DNA of 13,035 bases, from the NCBI GenBank assembly GCA_964658025.1, contig CAZZXB010000087.1, forward strand, positions 1 through 13,035, written 5' to 3'. This document shows positions 1 to 8,317 of the stretch, in pieces. The stretch comes from an uncultured Janthinobacterium sp. Lineage in GTDB: Bacteria > Vulcanimicrobiota > Vulcanimicrobiia > Vulcanimicrobiales > Vulcanimicrobiaceae. Each line of letters begins with the position of its first letter. The first letter of the stretch is position 1. The position numbers and the translations under genes are program-made. Below the pieces are notes generated by a model, which was given only the letters and a program-made list of their open reading frames with translations, did no database searches and was not told where the DNA came from.

Positions 1-347
1 GTCTTCTTCGGACCCTTGCGCGTGCGGGCGTTCGTCTTCGTGCGCTGACCGCGAACGGGCAGACCGCGACGGTGGCGCAGGCCGCGATAGCAGCCGATAT
101 CGGTGAGGCGCTTGATATGACCCGCGATCTCGCGACGGAGGTCGCCCTCGACCTTGATCTGGCCGTCGATCGCGTCGCGGAGTTTTTTCTCTTCGTCTTC
201 CGTGAGGTTCTTCACGCGCGTGTTCGGATCGATCCCGGCGCGGGCCAGGATCTTTTGCGCGGTCGGAAGCCCGATGCCGAAGATGTAGGTCAGACCGATC
301 TCGATGCGCTTCTCGCGCGGGAGATCGATGCCGGAAATACGCGCCAT
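1..347 (-). CDS. rpsM: 30S ribosomal protein uS13, 3' end outside the window
   Basis: Manual translation from ATG at 347: [26 protein letters not shown]...[31 protein letters not shown], the hallmark S13 motifs. Not in the ORF track because it has no stop in the window. TAATG overlap with rpmJ. Confidence 0.98.
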   Translation of the reverse strand, partial: MARISGIDLPREKRIEIGLTYIFGIGLPTAQKILARAGIDPNTRVKNLTEDEEKKLRDAIDGQIKVEGDLRREIAGHIKRLTDIGCYRGLRHRRGLPVRGQRTKTNARTRKGPKK

Positions 348-463
348 TATCCCTGTACCTGCTTGTGCTTCGCGTTGGCCTCGCAAATGACGCGGACCTT
401 ACCTTCGCGACGGATGACGATGCATTTTTCGCAAATGCGCTTGACGGACGGTCTGACTTTCAT
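347..463 (-). CDS. rpmJ: 50S ribosomal protein bL36, Zn-ribbon (C+) form, 38 aa
   Basis: Manual translation [38 protein letters not shown], with CxxC...C...H ligands and an AGGAAG SD upstream. Too short for the ORF track. Confidence 0.98.
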   Translation of the reverse strand: MKVRPSVKRICEKCIVIRREGKVRVICEANAKHKQVQG

Positions 464-512
464 GACTGCTTCCTAAACTCTGGGCGTGCCGGGCGATACG
501 AGGAGCGGGAGA

Positions 513-1319
513 TCATGCCGCGATTTCCGCTTCGGGGCGATACGCGGCGACGTCGAGCTCCATGAAATCGCCGTCGCGCAGGGTGAGGATCCGGGGACCC
601 GCATCCGTGAGCGCGATGGTGTGCTCGAAGTGCGCCGCTAGTTTACCATCCGCGGTCACAACCGTCCAGCCGTCGGCCAGGGTTCGGACCTCGTAGGTGC
701 CTTCGGTGATCATCGGCTCGACCGCGAGGCAGAGCCCGGGTTTGATCGCGATGCCCTGGCCCGCGGCGCCCCAATTCGGGACCTGGGGCTCCTCGTGCAT
801 CTTCGTTCCGATCCCGTGCCCGACGAGCGCCCGCACGACCCCGTAACCCGCGGCCTCCGCATGCTTTTGCACCGCATGGCCGATGTCGGAGAGCCGATTG
901 CCCTTCTGGATCTGCGCGATCCCGATCATCAGCGACTCCTGCGTGACCCGGAGCAGACGCTGCGCCTCGACCGAGATGTTGCCGATCCCGACCGTCGCCG
1001 CCGTATCGGAGACGTAGCCCTCGAACGTGGTCCCGATGTCGAGCGAGAGGATGTCGCCGTCCTTGAGCACCCGGTCGCCCGGGATGCCGTGGACCACGAC
1101 CTCGTTGACCGAGGCGCACACCGACGCCGGATAGCCGTGATACCCCTTGAAGGTCGGCACGCCGCCGCGCTCGCGGATGCCCTTTTCGGCCATCCGATCG
1201 ATCTCGCGAAGCGTCATGCCGGGCTTCGCGGCACGCAGGAGCGACGAGAGCACGGCCGAGGTGATCTTCCCGCTCCGACGCATGATCTCGATCTCGCGCG
1301 CCGACTTCATCGTGATCAC
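513..1319 (-). CDS. map: Type I methionine aminopeptidase
   Basis: SVNEVVVHGIP, DIG...SDTAAT, GHGIG..MHEEP, AVEPMI and AAHFEHT metal-binding motifs. GTG start overlaps the adk stop (GTGA). Confidence 0.97.
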   Translation of the reverse strand: MITMKSAREIEIMRRSGKITSAVLSSLLRAAKPGMTLREIDRMAEKGIRERGGVPTFKGYHGYPASVCASVNEVVVHGIPGDRVLKDGDILSLDIGTTFEGYVSDTAATVGIGNISVEAQRLLRVTQESLMIGIAQIQKGNRLSDIGHAVQKHAEAAGYGVVRALVGHGIGTKMHEEPQVPNWGAAGQGIAIKPGLCLAVEPMITEGTYEVRTLADGWTVVTADGKLAAHFEHTIALTDAGPRILTLRDGDFMELDVAAYRPEAEIAA

Positions 1320-1999
1320 GACGCGTGCGCGACTTTCGCGTCGATCGCCGCGACGATCGCCGCCGTGACGCTCGCGACGGGTTGCATCGCGTCGACGCGC
1401 ACGAGCATGTGCAGGCCTTCGTAATACGGCACGACCGCCGCCGTGAGCGCGTCGTACTCCGCGAGCCGCTTGCCGACGGTTTCGATGCTGTCGTCGGGCC
1501 GCGTGACGAGCGGTCCGCCGTCGTCGTCGTCGATGCCCGCGACCTTCGGCGGATCGAACGTCACGTGATACGTTCGCCCCGTCCGTTCGTTCGTGAGCCG
1601 GCCGGTGAGGCGGACGACGAGTTCGTCGCGATTCGTTTCGAACATCACGACCGCGACGAGCGGCAGATGCAACCGTTCGAGTAACGCGTCGAGCGCTTCC
1701 GCCTGCGGGACCGTGCGCGGGAATCCGTCGAGGATGAACGAGTCGTGGCCCGCGATCTCGGCTTCCATCATGCGGATGATGAGGTCGTCCGGCACGAGTT
1801 TGCCCGCGTCCATGAACGACTGCGCTTCCGCGCCGAGCGGCGTCTTCTCGCGCCGATGCCGCCGCAAGATGTCGCCCGTCGCGATCTGGATCGCGCCGAA
1901 ACGATCCGCGAGCAACTGCGCCTGCGTTCCCTTGCCCGCCCCAGGCGGCCCGACGAAGACGAGACGCACGCCGCGTCGCGCGCCGTTCGAGGCGGTCAT
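1316..1999 (-). CDS. adk: Adenylate kinase, long LID type
   Basis: P-loop GPPGAGKGTQA, TGDILR, LDGFPRT and LID GR...YH...RPDD. ATGA overlap with the secY stop. An alternative in-frame GTG start exists at 1969. Confidence 0.97.
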   Translation of the reverse strand: MTASNGARRGVRLVFVGPPGAGKGTQAQLLADRFGAIQIATGDILRRHRREKTPLGAEAQSFMDAGKLVPDDLIIRMMEAEIAGHDSFILDGFPRTVPQAEALDALLERLHLPLVAVVMFETNRDELVVRLTGRLTNERTGRTYHVTFDPPKVAGIDDDDGGPLVTRPDDSIETVGKRLAEYDALTAAVVPYYEGLHMLVRVDAMQPVASVTAAIVAAIDAKVAHAS

Positions 2000-3324
2000 C
2001 GCTTGATGAAGCCCTTGTAGTCGCGCATCGCGAGACGCGCTTCGATCTGGGTCATCGTATCGAGCGCGACGCCGACGACGATGAGCAACGACGTCGACCC
2101 GAGGTAGAACGTCGTGACGTTGAGCCCGCGCTGGAGCGCCGACGGCAACACCGCGAGCAGCCCGAGATAGATCGCGGCGACCGTCGTGATGCGTAACAAG
2201 ATGCGTCGGATGTAATCTTCGGTCGGCGCCCCCGGCCGGATGCCGGGGATGAACGAGCCGTTCTTCTTGAGGTTGTCCGCGACGTCTTTGACGTTGAAGA
2301 CGATCGAACTATAGAAGAACGTGAAGATCACGACGAGCACGAAGTACGCGATGTTGTAGAGAAAACTGCTCGGGCTGAAGTAGAGCGCGAAGAACGTCGA
2401 GAGCGCCGCGGCGTTGGCCGGAATGCCGATCGGTCCGAGATGGACGTACTGCTCCTGACCGCCGCGCACGTTGAACCACGAGAGCGCCTGTTGCGGCAAG
2501 AGCAGGATCGAGATCGCGAAGATGATCGAGATGACGCCCGCGTTGTTGAGCCGCAGCGGAATGTACGAAGCGCGCCCGGCGAACATCTTGCGTCCGACCA
2601 CGCGGCGCGCTTGCTGCACGGGGATCCGACGCTGGCCCTGATACATGAAGATGATCGAGATGATCGTGAAGAGCGCGATCGCGAGGAACAGGATCAGATT
2701 GAAGACGAGCAAGCCGCCCTTCTGACCCGCCGAGATCGTCTGCGACACGTACGTCGGATAGCGCAACACGATGCCGATGAAGATGATGAGCGAGACGCCG
2801 TTACCGATGCCCTTGTCCGTCATCTGCTCGCCGAGCCACATGAGGAAGAGCGTTCCGGCGACGAACGCGATGACCGCGAACACGACGAACTGCACGGACG
2901 AATCGTAGAAGACGCCCGCGCGGCTCATGTTGATCGACATCGTCGTGCCTTGCACGATCGCGAGCACGATCGTGAGCCAACGCGTGTACTGACTGATCCG
3001 CTTGCGGCCTTCCTCGCCGCCCTTCTTCGCCATCTCTTCGAGCTGCGGCAACACGGCCGTCATGAGCTGCATGATGATCGACGCGTTGATGTACGGCGTG
3101 ATCCCCATGGCGATCACCGAAAGCCGCTGGAGCGCGCCGCCGGAGAGAAAGCCGAGAAAGCTGTAGAACGACCCGTTCTGCAGCAACCGTTGCCACTTCG
3201 CTTCGTCGACGCCCGGCAATTGCACGTGGATCATGAAGATGAACGCCGCGAATGCGAACAGCACGAAGCCGAGCCGCTTGCGGATATCGGGGACGAGGAG
3301 CGCGGCGCGAAGATTCTCGAGCAA
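1996..3324 (-). CDS. secY: Preprotein translocase subunit SecY
   Basis: Multiple hydrophobic segments and the motifs GITPYINASIIMQL, WLGEQMTDKGIGNGVSLIIF, FIPGIRPG and TSLLIVVGVALD. TTG start. Confidence 0.98.
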   Translation of the reverse strand: MLENLRAALLVPDIRKRLGFVLFAFAAFIFMIHVQLPGVDEAKWQRLLQNGSFYSFLGFLSGGALQRLSVIAMGITPYINASIIMQLMTAVLPQLEEMAKKGGEEGRKRISQYTRWLTIVLAIVQGTTMSINMSRAGVFYDSSVQFVVFAVIAFVAGTLFLMWLGEQMTDKGIGNGVSLIIFIGIVLRYPTYVSQTISAGQKGGLLVFNLILFLAIALFTIISIIFMYQGQRRIPVQQARRVVGRKMFAGRASYIPLRLNNAGVISIIFAISILLLPQQALSWFNVRGGQEQYVHLGPIGIPANAAALSTFFALYFSPSSFLYNIAYFVLVVIFTFFYSSIVFNVKDVADNLKKNGSFIPGIRPGAPTEDYIRRILLRITTVAAIYLGLLAVLPSALQRGLNVTTFYLGSTSLLIVVGVALDTMTQIEARLAMRDYKGFIKR

Positions 3325-3327
3325 GAC

Positions 3328-3939
3328 TTATGCGGATTCCGCGTTCGGTTCTTCGTCGCCGAACGTCGCGCCGGCGGCCGAGAGCGCTTCGCGCGCGCTC
3401 GTCGAGAACACGACGTCGCGGAAACGCAGACCCTGCGGGACGGTCTTGCCGTCGCGATTGCCGCCGAGGATCTTGATGCCGTCGGGCGCCTTCGTCACGA
3501 GCTTGTGCTCGACGAGCGACTGCGGCGAGACTTCGATCGAGGCGTCCCAATTCGCGAGCGCGCCGAGGTTGACCACGGCGAACGTCGTGCGGAAGTGGCC
3601 GATGTCGCGCGCTTTTTGCGAATACCCGCGACGATGCGGGAGGCGACGCGCCCAGGGCGTCTGTCCGCCTTCGAAGGCCGGACCCTTGCCGCCGCCCGAG
3701 CGGACCGTCTGACCCTTACCGCCTTCGCCGCCGGTCTTCACCATGCCCGAGCCGTGACCGCGACCGACGCGCGTGCGCTTCGGACGCGCGCCCTTGTTCT
3801 CGCGCAGGGAGTCGAGCGTGACGCCGGGCGCCGCCGCGGCGAGACCGGATCCGCGCGCGATCGCGGGCGCGGACGCCTTCTGCGGCGCCGCGGCCTTCGC
3901 CGCCGCGGATTTCTTACGGGCAGATTTCGTCTCAGCCAT
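3328..3939 (-). CDS. rplO: 50S ribosomal protein uL15 with about 40-aa Ala/Lys-rich N-terminal extension
   Basis: RVGRGHGSG..KT...G.KGQ..RSG, FEGGQTP..RRLP and KILG motifs. AGGA SD precedes the ATG at 3939. Confidence 0.96.
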   Translation of the reverse strand: MAETKSARKKSAAAKAAAPQKASAPAIARGSGLAAAAPGVTLDSLRENKGARPKRTRVGRGHGSGMVKTGGEGGKGQTVRSGGGKGPAFEGGQTPWARRLPHRRGYSQKARDIGHFRTTFAVVNLGALANWDASIEVSPQSLVEHKLVTKAPDGIKILGGNRDGKTVPQGLRFRDVVFSTSAREALSAAGATFGDEEPNAESA

Positions 3940-3950
3940 GTGCGTGATTC

Positions 3951-4457
3951 CTAAGCGTAGAGTTCCGCGACCGTTTTGTCGCGGAGCTTGGCGACCGTTT
4001 CGGCCGTCTTGAGCGAACGGAGCGCTTCGTACGTCGCGTACACGACGTTGATCGGATTCGAACTCCCGAGCGACTTCGTGAGGATGTCGTGGATGCCGGC
4101 GAGCTCGAGCACGGCGCGCATCGGACCGCCCGCGATGACGCCCGTTCCGGGAGCCGCGGGCTTCATGAACACGCGTCCGGCGCCGATCTGCAACGTGACT
4201 TCGTGCGGGATCGTCTTCTCGACCATCGGCACGGTGATCATCGCCTTCTTCGCCTGTTCGACGCCCTTGCGGATCGCCTCGGGGACTTCGCCCGCTTTGC
4301 CGATCGCGAAGCCGACGCGACCCTTGCGATCGCCGACGACGACGAGCGCGGAGAAGCTGAAGCGTTTTCCGCCCTTGACGACCTTCGCGACGCGATTGAC
4401 GCGCACGACGTTCTCTTCGATGCCGGAGTTGTCGCGATCGCGACCTCTGTTGTACAT
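3951..4457 (-). CDS. rpsE: 30S ribosomal protein uS5
   Basis: [33 protein letters not shown] and [12 protein letters not shown]. Confidence 0.98.
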   Translation of the reverse strand: MYNRGRDRDNSGIEENVVRVNRVAKVVKGGKRFSFSALVVVGDRKGRVGFAIGKAGEVPEAIRKGVEQAKKAMITVPMVEKTIPHEVTLQIGAGRVFMKPAAPGTGVIAGGPMRAVLELAGIHDILTKSLGSSNPINVVYATYEALRSLKTAETVAKLRDKTVAELYA

Positions 4458-4460
4458 GCC

Positions 4461-4823
4461 TTAGAACTCCAAGCCCGCTTCGCGCGCGGCGTCGGCGAGT
4501 GCGGCGACGCGCCCGTGATATTTCAGACCGCTCGTGTCGAACACGACCGCACTGATGCCGGCTTCTTTGGCCTTGCGACCGATCGTCTCGCCGACCTTAC
4601 GCGCGGCTTCGACGTTCGTCCGCGAACCGACGTCCGCGAGCGCTTTCTCGCGCGTCGAGGCGGCGACGAGCGTGTGGCCGCGCGCGTCGTCGATGACGGA
4701 GGCGTAGATGTGGTGCAAGGTGCGATGGATCTGCAGGCGCGGGCGCTCGGCCGTGCCGATCACCTTCTTGCGCAGACGCCCGTGGCGCTTCGTGCGCCGG
4801 AGATTGCGAGAGACCGCGCCCAT
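4461..4823 (-). CDS. rplR: 50S ribosomal protein uL18
   Basis: GTAERPRL and [26 protein letters not shown]. Confidence 0.98.
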   Translation of the reverse strand: MGAVSRNLRRTKRHGRLRKKVIGTAERPRLQIHRTLHHIYASVIDDARGHTLVAASTREKALADVGSRTNVEAARKVGETIGRKAKEAGISAVVFDTSGLKYHGRVAALADAAREAGLEF

Positions 4824-5371
4824 TACTTCTTCCCAGCCTTGCCCGCTTTACCGAGCTTCTTACGGATGACTTCGCCTTCGTACCGGACGCCTTTGCCCTT
4901 ATAGGGTTCGGGCGGTCGGATGCCGCGGATCTCGGCGGCGACTTGGCCGACCTGCTGCTTGTCGATGCCGTCGACGTGCACTTTGTTCGTGCCCTCGACC
5001 GTGAACGCGATGCCCTTGGGCGCGTCGTACGAGACCGGATGCGAGAAGCCGAGGGTGAGGTTCAATTTCTCACCGGCCTTGGCGGCGCGATAGCCGACGC
5101 CTTGGATCTCGAGGCTCTTGCGGAAGCCCTTCGAGACGCCTTCGACCATGTTCGCGACGAGCGTGCGCGTGAGCCCGTGCGCGGAACGATGCGCCTTCGC
5201 GTCGCCCTTGCGCTCGACGACGACCTGACCGTCCTCGATCTTCACCGAGACGACGGGGAGCACGTGCTGCGCGAGTTCGCCCTTGGGTCCCTTGACGCGC
5301 ACGATCGAATCGGCCACTTCGACGGTGACTTTTTCGGGGATCGCGACGGGGAGCTTACCGATTCGTGACAT
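4823..5371 (-). CDS. rplF: 50S ribosomal protein uL6
   Basis: [20 protein letters not shown] and [13 protein letters not shown]. Confidence 0.98.
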   Translation of the reverse strand: MSRIGKLPVAIPEKVTVEVADSIVRVKGPKGELAQHVLPVVSVKIEDGQVVVERKGDAKAHRSAHGLTRTLVANMVEGVSKGFRKSLEIQGVGYRAAKAGEKLNLTLGFSHPVSYDAPKGIAFTVEGTNKVHVDGIDKQQVGQVAAEIRGIRPPEPYKGKGVRYEGEVIRKKLGKAGKAGKK

Positions 5372-5377
5372 GTTGCC

Positions 5378-5779
5378 TTACCACACGTACGCGAGGACTT
5401 CACCGCCGCAGCCCTCGCGCTTCGCGCGTTTGCCCGACATGATGCCCTTGCTCGTCGACATGATCACGAGTCCGAGTCCGCCGAGCACGCGCGGGATCTC
5501 GCCGCGTCCGGTATAGACGCGCAGACCCGGCCGACTGATGCGACGCAGATTCGTGATGACTTTTTCTTTTTCGGGACCGTACTTGAGCGTGACGCGGAGC
5601 GTCCCTTGCGGACCGTCCGGGAGCGCCTCGCAACTCTTGATGAAGCCTTCCTCGACGAGGATCTCGACGACGGCCTTCTTCATCCGCGACGCCGGAATGT
5701 CGACGGTCGGATGGTTCGCGGTGTTCGCGTTGCGGATGCGCGTCAACAAGTCGGCGATGGGATCGGTAATGACGCCCAT
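5378..5779 (-). CDS. rpsH: 30S ribosomal protein uS8, 133 aa
   Basis: [25 protein letters not shown] and GGEVLAYVW. Start corrected from the ORF-track 5863 to the ATG at 5779, which has a GGAGGG SD at 5789-5794 and gives the canonical length. Confidence 0.97.
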   Translation of the reverse strand: MGVITDPIADLLTRIRNANTANHPTVDIPASRMKKAVVEILVEEGFIKSCEALPDGPQGTLRVTLKYGPEKEKVITNLRRISRPGLRVYTGRGEIPRVLGGLGLVIMSTSKGIMSGKRAKREGCGGEVLAYVW

Positions 5780-5811
5780 TACGAACGTCCCTCCGGACCG
5801 TTCGTAACGGG
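5775..5811 (-). promoter_or_regulatory. Stem-loop sequestering the rpsH SD and start codon
   Basis: mRNA CCCGUUACGAAC-G-GUCC-GGAG-GGAC-GUUCGUAAUGGG: 12-bp plus 4-bp stem with the SD in the loop and upper stem and AUG in the 3' arm. Pairing is visible; function is inferred. Confidence 0.65.
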
Positions 5812-5822
5812 TCCCGGGCGCC

Positions 5823-5886
5823 GTTGAAGAAGCGCTCCACCTTCGGTTACGCGCCCCCCGCACGCGACGCGCGCCGGGCCCCCAAC
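5823..5886 (-). other. Putative three-way-junction RNA structure in the rpsN-rpsH spacer
   Basis: Outer GUUGGGG/CUUCAAC stem enclosing two hairpins, CCCG(G)CGCGC/GCGUGCGGG and GGGCGC/GCGCUU. Several G-U pairs work only on the mRNA strand. Confidence 0.5.
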
Positions 5887-5903
5887 AAAAATGCTCCGCA
5901 TCT

Positions 5904-6089
5904 CTACCAGCTCGCTTTCGTGATGCCCGGGATGAAGCCGCGGTGCGCGTTCTCTCGGAAGCAGATGCGGCACATGCCGAACTTACGGTAATACCCGCGC
6001 GGGCGACCGCACGTGAGACACCGGTTGTGTTGACGTACCGCGAACTTCGGCGTCCGCTTCGCTCTCTCGATGCTCGAGGTTTTAGCCAT
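5904..6089 (-). CDS. rpsN: 30S ribosomal protein uS14, 61-aa Zn-binding type Z
   Basis: [24 protein letters not shown] and PGITKASW, with two CxxC motifs. Confidence 0.98.
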   Translation of the reverse strand: MAKTSSIERAKRTPKFAVRQHNRCLTCGRPRGYYRKFGMCRICFRENAHRGFIPGITKASW

Positions 6090-6642
6090 TGGTCCGTTCC
6101 TTTGTGAGCGGCAGCCCCATCTGGGTGAGGAACTCCGTCGCTTCCTCGTCGTTTTTCGCGGTCGTCACGATGACGATGTCCATGCCGCGCATCTTGTCGA
6201 CTTTGTCGAAGTTGATTTCGGGAAACACGATCTGCTCGCGCAGGCCGAGATTGTAGTTGCCGCGACCGTCGAACGACTTGCGGTTGAGCCCGCGAAAGTC
6301 GCGGATGCGCGGGAGCACGATGTTGAAGAGCTTGTCGAGGAACACGTACATCCGCTCGCCGCGGAGCGTGACCTTCGCGCCGACGTTCATGCCTTCGCGC
6401 AGCTTGAACGCCGCGATCGACTTCTTCGCCTTCACGACGATCGGTTTCTGACCGCTGATCGCTTCGAGTTCCTTGACCGCGACGTCGAGGATCTTCGAAT
6501 TCGTGATCGCGTCGCCGACCGACATGTTGAGGACGACCTTGTCGAGCTTCGGCACCTGATGCACGTTCGAATAACCGAACTTCTCGATCAGTTTCTTACG
6601 GACGTCGGTATCGTACTTCTCGCGCAAACGCGTGGTGGCCAT
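6082..6642 (-). CDS. rplE: 50S ribosomal protein uL5
   Basis: [32 protein letters not shown] and FDGRGNY. Confidence 0.98.
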   Translation of the reverse strand: MATTRLREKYDTDVRKKLIEKFGYSNVHQVPKLDKVVLNMSVGDAITNSKILDVAVKELEAISGQKPIVVKAKKSIAAFKLREGMNVGAKVTLRGERMYVFLDKLFNIVLPRIRDFRGLNRKSFDGRGNYNLGLREQIVFPEINFDKVDKMRGMDIVIVTTAKNDEEATEFLTQMGLPLTKERTNG

Positions 6643-6644
6643 CG

Positions 6645-6998
6645 TTACTTGCCCTTGCTCGGGACGAGCAGATCTTCGCCCGATCGGACCGCGACGCGCG
6701 TCGGCGTGCCGTCGTCCTTGCGCGTGCGGCGCACGCGCGTCGGGAGGTTCGTTTTCGGATCGATCACTTGCAACGCCGAGAGCGGGATCGGCGCTTCTTT
6801 CTCGTAGATGCCGGCGGATTTCGCGCCGTCGACGCCCTGCTTCGAGTGGCGCTTCACGACGTTGAGTCCCTCGACCGTCGCGACGCCGTCCTTCGGGAAG
6901 ACGGCCTTCACGACGCCGCGCTTGCCCTTCTCGCGGCCGCGCCGGAGCACGACCGTATCGCCCTTGACGAGATGCGGTTTGGCGACCGGCTGGCGCAT
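6645..6998 (-). CDS. rplX: 50S ribosomal protein uL24, 117 aa
   Basis: KOW motif [24 protein letters not shown] and EKEAPI. True start is the ATG at 6998 (TGATG overlap with the rplN stop), not the ORF-track 7412. Confidence 0.96.
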   Translation of the reverse strand: MRQPVAKPHLVKGDTVVLRRGREKGKRGVVKAVFPKDGVATVEGLNVVKRHSKQGVDGAKSAGIYEKEAPIPLSALQVIDPKTNLPTRVRRTRKDDGTPTRVAVRSGEDLLVPSKGK

Positions 6999-7375
6999 CA
7001 GAGCACCTCCGGCGCGAGCGAGGCGATCTTGAGGAAGCCGCGGTCGCGCAGTTCGCGACAGACGGGCCCGAAGACGCGCGTGCCGCGCGGATCGAGGTTG
7101 TCTTTCTCGCCCTTGATGATCACGCACGCGTTCTCGTCGAACTTGATGAACGAGCCGTCGGGGCGCTTCATCGGTTGCGAGCAACGGACCACGACCGCTT
7201 TCACGACCTGGCCCTTCTTGACGGCCGCACCCGGAATCGCGCTCTTGACCGTGCCGACGATGATGTCGCCGACGTAGGCATACGGATGCCGCGACCCGCC
7301 CTGCACGTGGATGCAGAGGAGCTCTCGGGCACCGGAGTTGTCGGCGACTTTGAGTCGCGTTTCTTGCTGAATCAT
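6998..7375 (-). CDS. rplN: 50S ribosomal protein uL14
   Basis: [31 protein letters not shown] and SLAPEVL. Confidence 0.98.
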   Translation of the reverse strand: MIQQETRLKVADNSGARELLCIHVQGGSRHPYAYVGDIIVGTVKSAIPGAAVKKGQVVKAVVVRCSQPMKRPDGSFIKFDENACVIIKGEKDNLDPRGTRVFGPVCRELRDRGFLKIASLAPEVL

Positions 7376-7684
7376 TTACTTCGCTCGTTCGACGACTTCG
7401 AGGAGGCGCCAACGCTTGTCGCGGGACATCGGGCGCGTCTCCATGATGCGCACGGTGTCGCCCGTTTTCGCGTCGTTCTTTTCGTCGTGCGCCTTGAAGC
7501 GCACGGACTTGCGGATGATCTTCTTGTAGGTCGGATGGGGGACGCGCGTCTCGGTGACGACGACGATCGTCTTGTCCATCTTATCGCTGCGGACGACGCC
7601 CTGCTTGATGCGGCGACGATTGCGCGCGACGTCGGCTTTCGCCGTTTCCGTCTCGGTCGAGTGCTCCACGTTAGGCTGCTCCAT
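7376..7684 (-). CDS. rpsQ: 30S ribosomal protein uS17 with short acidic N-terminal extension
   Basis: [20 protein letters not shown] and [13 protein letters not shown]. Start is ambiguous between the ATG at 7684 (GAGG upstream) and the GTG at 7669 (GGAG upstream, just after the rpmC stop). Confidence 0.95.
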   Translation of the reverse strand: MEQPNVEHSTETETAKADVARNRRRIKQGVVRSDKMDKTIVVVTETRVPHPTYKKIIRKSVRFKAHDEKNDAKTGDTVRIMETRPMSRDKRWRLLEVVERAK

Positions 7685-7892
7685 GCTTGGCCTCGGCGAG
7701 GCGCTTCTCAGAGATGACGGTTTGGATCTGCGCGTACTCGCGCTTCGCGAGTTTCACGCGGCTGAAGTCGGAGAGATGTCCCGTGCGTAATTGGAAACGC
7801 AAGTTGAACAGCTCGTCCTTCTTGTCGCGGCCGCGCTTCGTCAGTTCGTCGATCGTCAGACCGCGCAGGGCGGCGAGCTCGTCGTGCTTCAC
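7671..7892 (-). CDS. rpmC: 50S ribosomal protein uL29
   Basis: [11 protein letters not shown] and position between rplP and rpsQ. GTG start in a GTGA overlap. Confidence 0.96.
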   Translation of the reverse strand: MKHDELAALRGLTIDELTKRGRDKKDELFNLRFQLRTGHLSDFSRVKLAKREYAQIQTVISEKRLAEAKHGAA

Positions 7893-8317
7893 GATACCGC
7901 CTGCTCTTCCGACGCACGCGTGACGAACTTCGTCGCGATCGGCAATTTCGCCGACGCGAGACGGAGCGCTTCGCGCGCGACCTCTTCGCTCACGCCGCCG
8001 AGTTCGAACAACACGCGTCCCGGGCGGACGACGGCGACCCAGAACTCGGGGTTACCCTTACCGGAACCCATGCGGACTTCGGCGGGCTTCTTCGTGACGG
8101 ATTTGTCCGGGAAGATCTTGATCCAGACCTTGCCGCCGCGCTTGATGTGGCGCGTCATCGCGATACGGGCCGACTCGATCTGACGGCTCGTCATCCACAC
8201 GGGCTCGAGCGCCTGCAGGCCGAACTCGCCGAAGGTCAGCGTGTTGCCGACGAGCGCCTTGCCGGTCATGCGACCGCGGTGCTGCTTGCGCCATTTGACG
8301 CGTCTCGGAGTGAGCAT
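7889..8317 (-). CDS. rplP: 50S ribosomal protein uL16
   Basis: [27 protein letters not shown] and KLPI. Confidence 0.98.
   Translation of the reverse strand: MLTPRRVKWRKQHRGRMTGKALVGNTLTFGEFGLQALEPVWMTSRQIESARIAMTRHIKRGGKVWIKIFPDKSVTKKPAEVRMGSGKGNPEFWVAVVRPGRVLFELGGVSEEVAREALRLASAKLPIATKFVTRASEEQAVS

Noticed and set aside
3820..3950. Hidden or fused uL30 at the rpsE-rplO junction
   Set aside because: No uL30-like motif is visible, and the interval is too short and low in complexity.
5786..5802. GGUCCGGAGGGAC resembles the SRP RNA domain IV tip (CAGGUCCGGAAGGAAGCAG)
   Set aside because: It lacks the GNRA loop and the conserved CAGG/AGCA internal loop, and it overlaps the rpsH SD.
5883..5906. 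Possible intrinsic terminator after rpsN (hairpin plus UUUUUGUU)
   Set aside because: The stem is short and G-U rich and uses the U-tract itself, so it is too weak to call.
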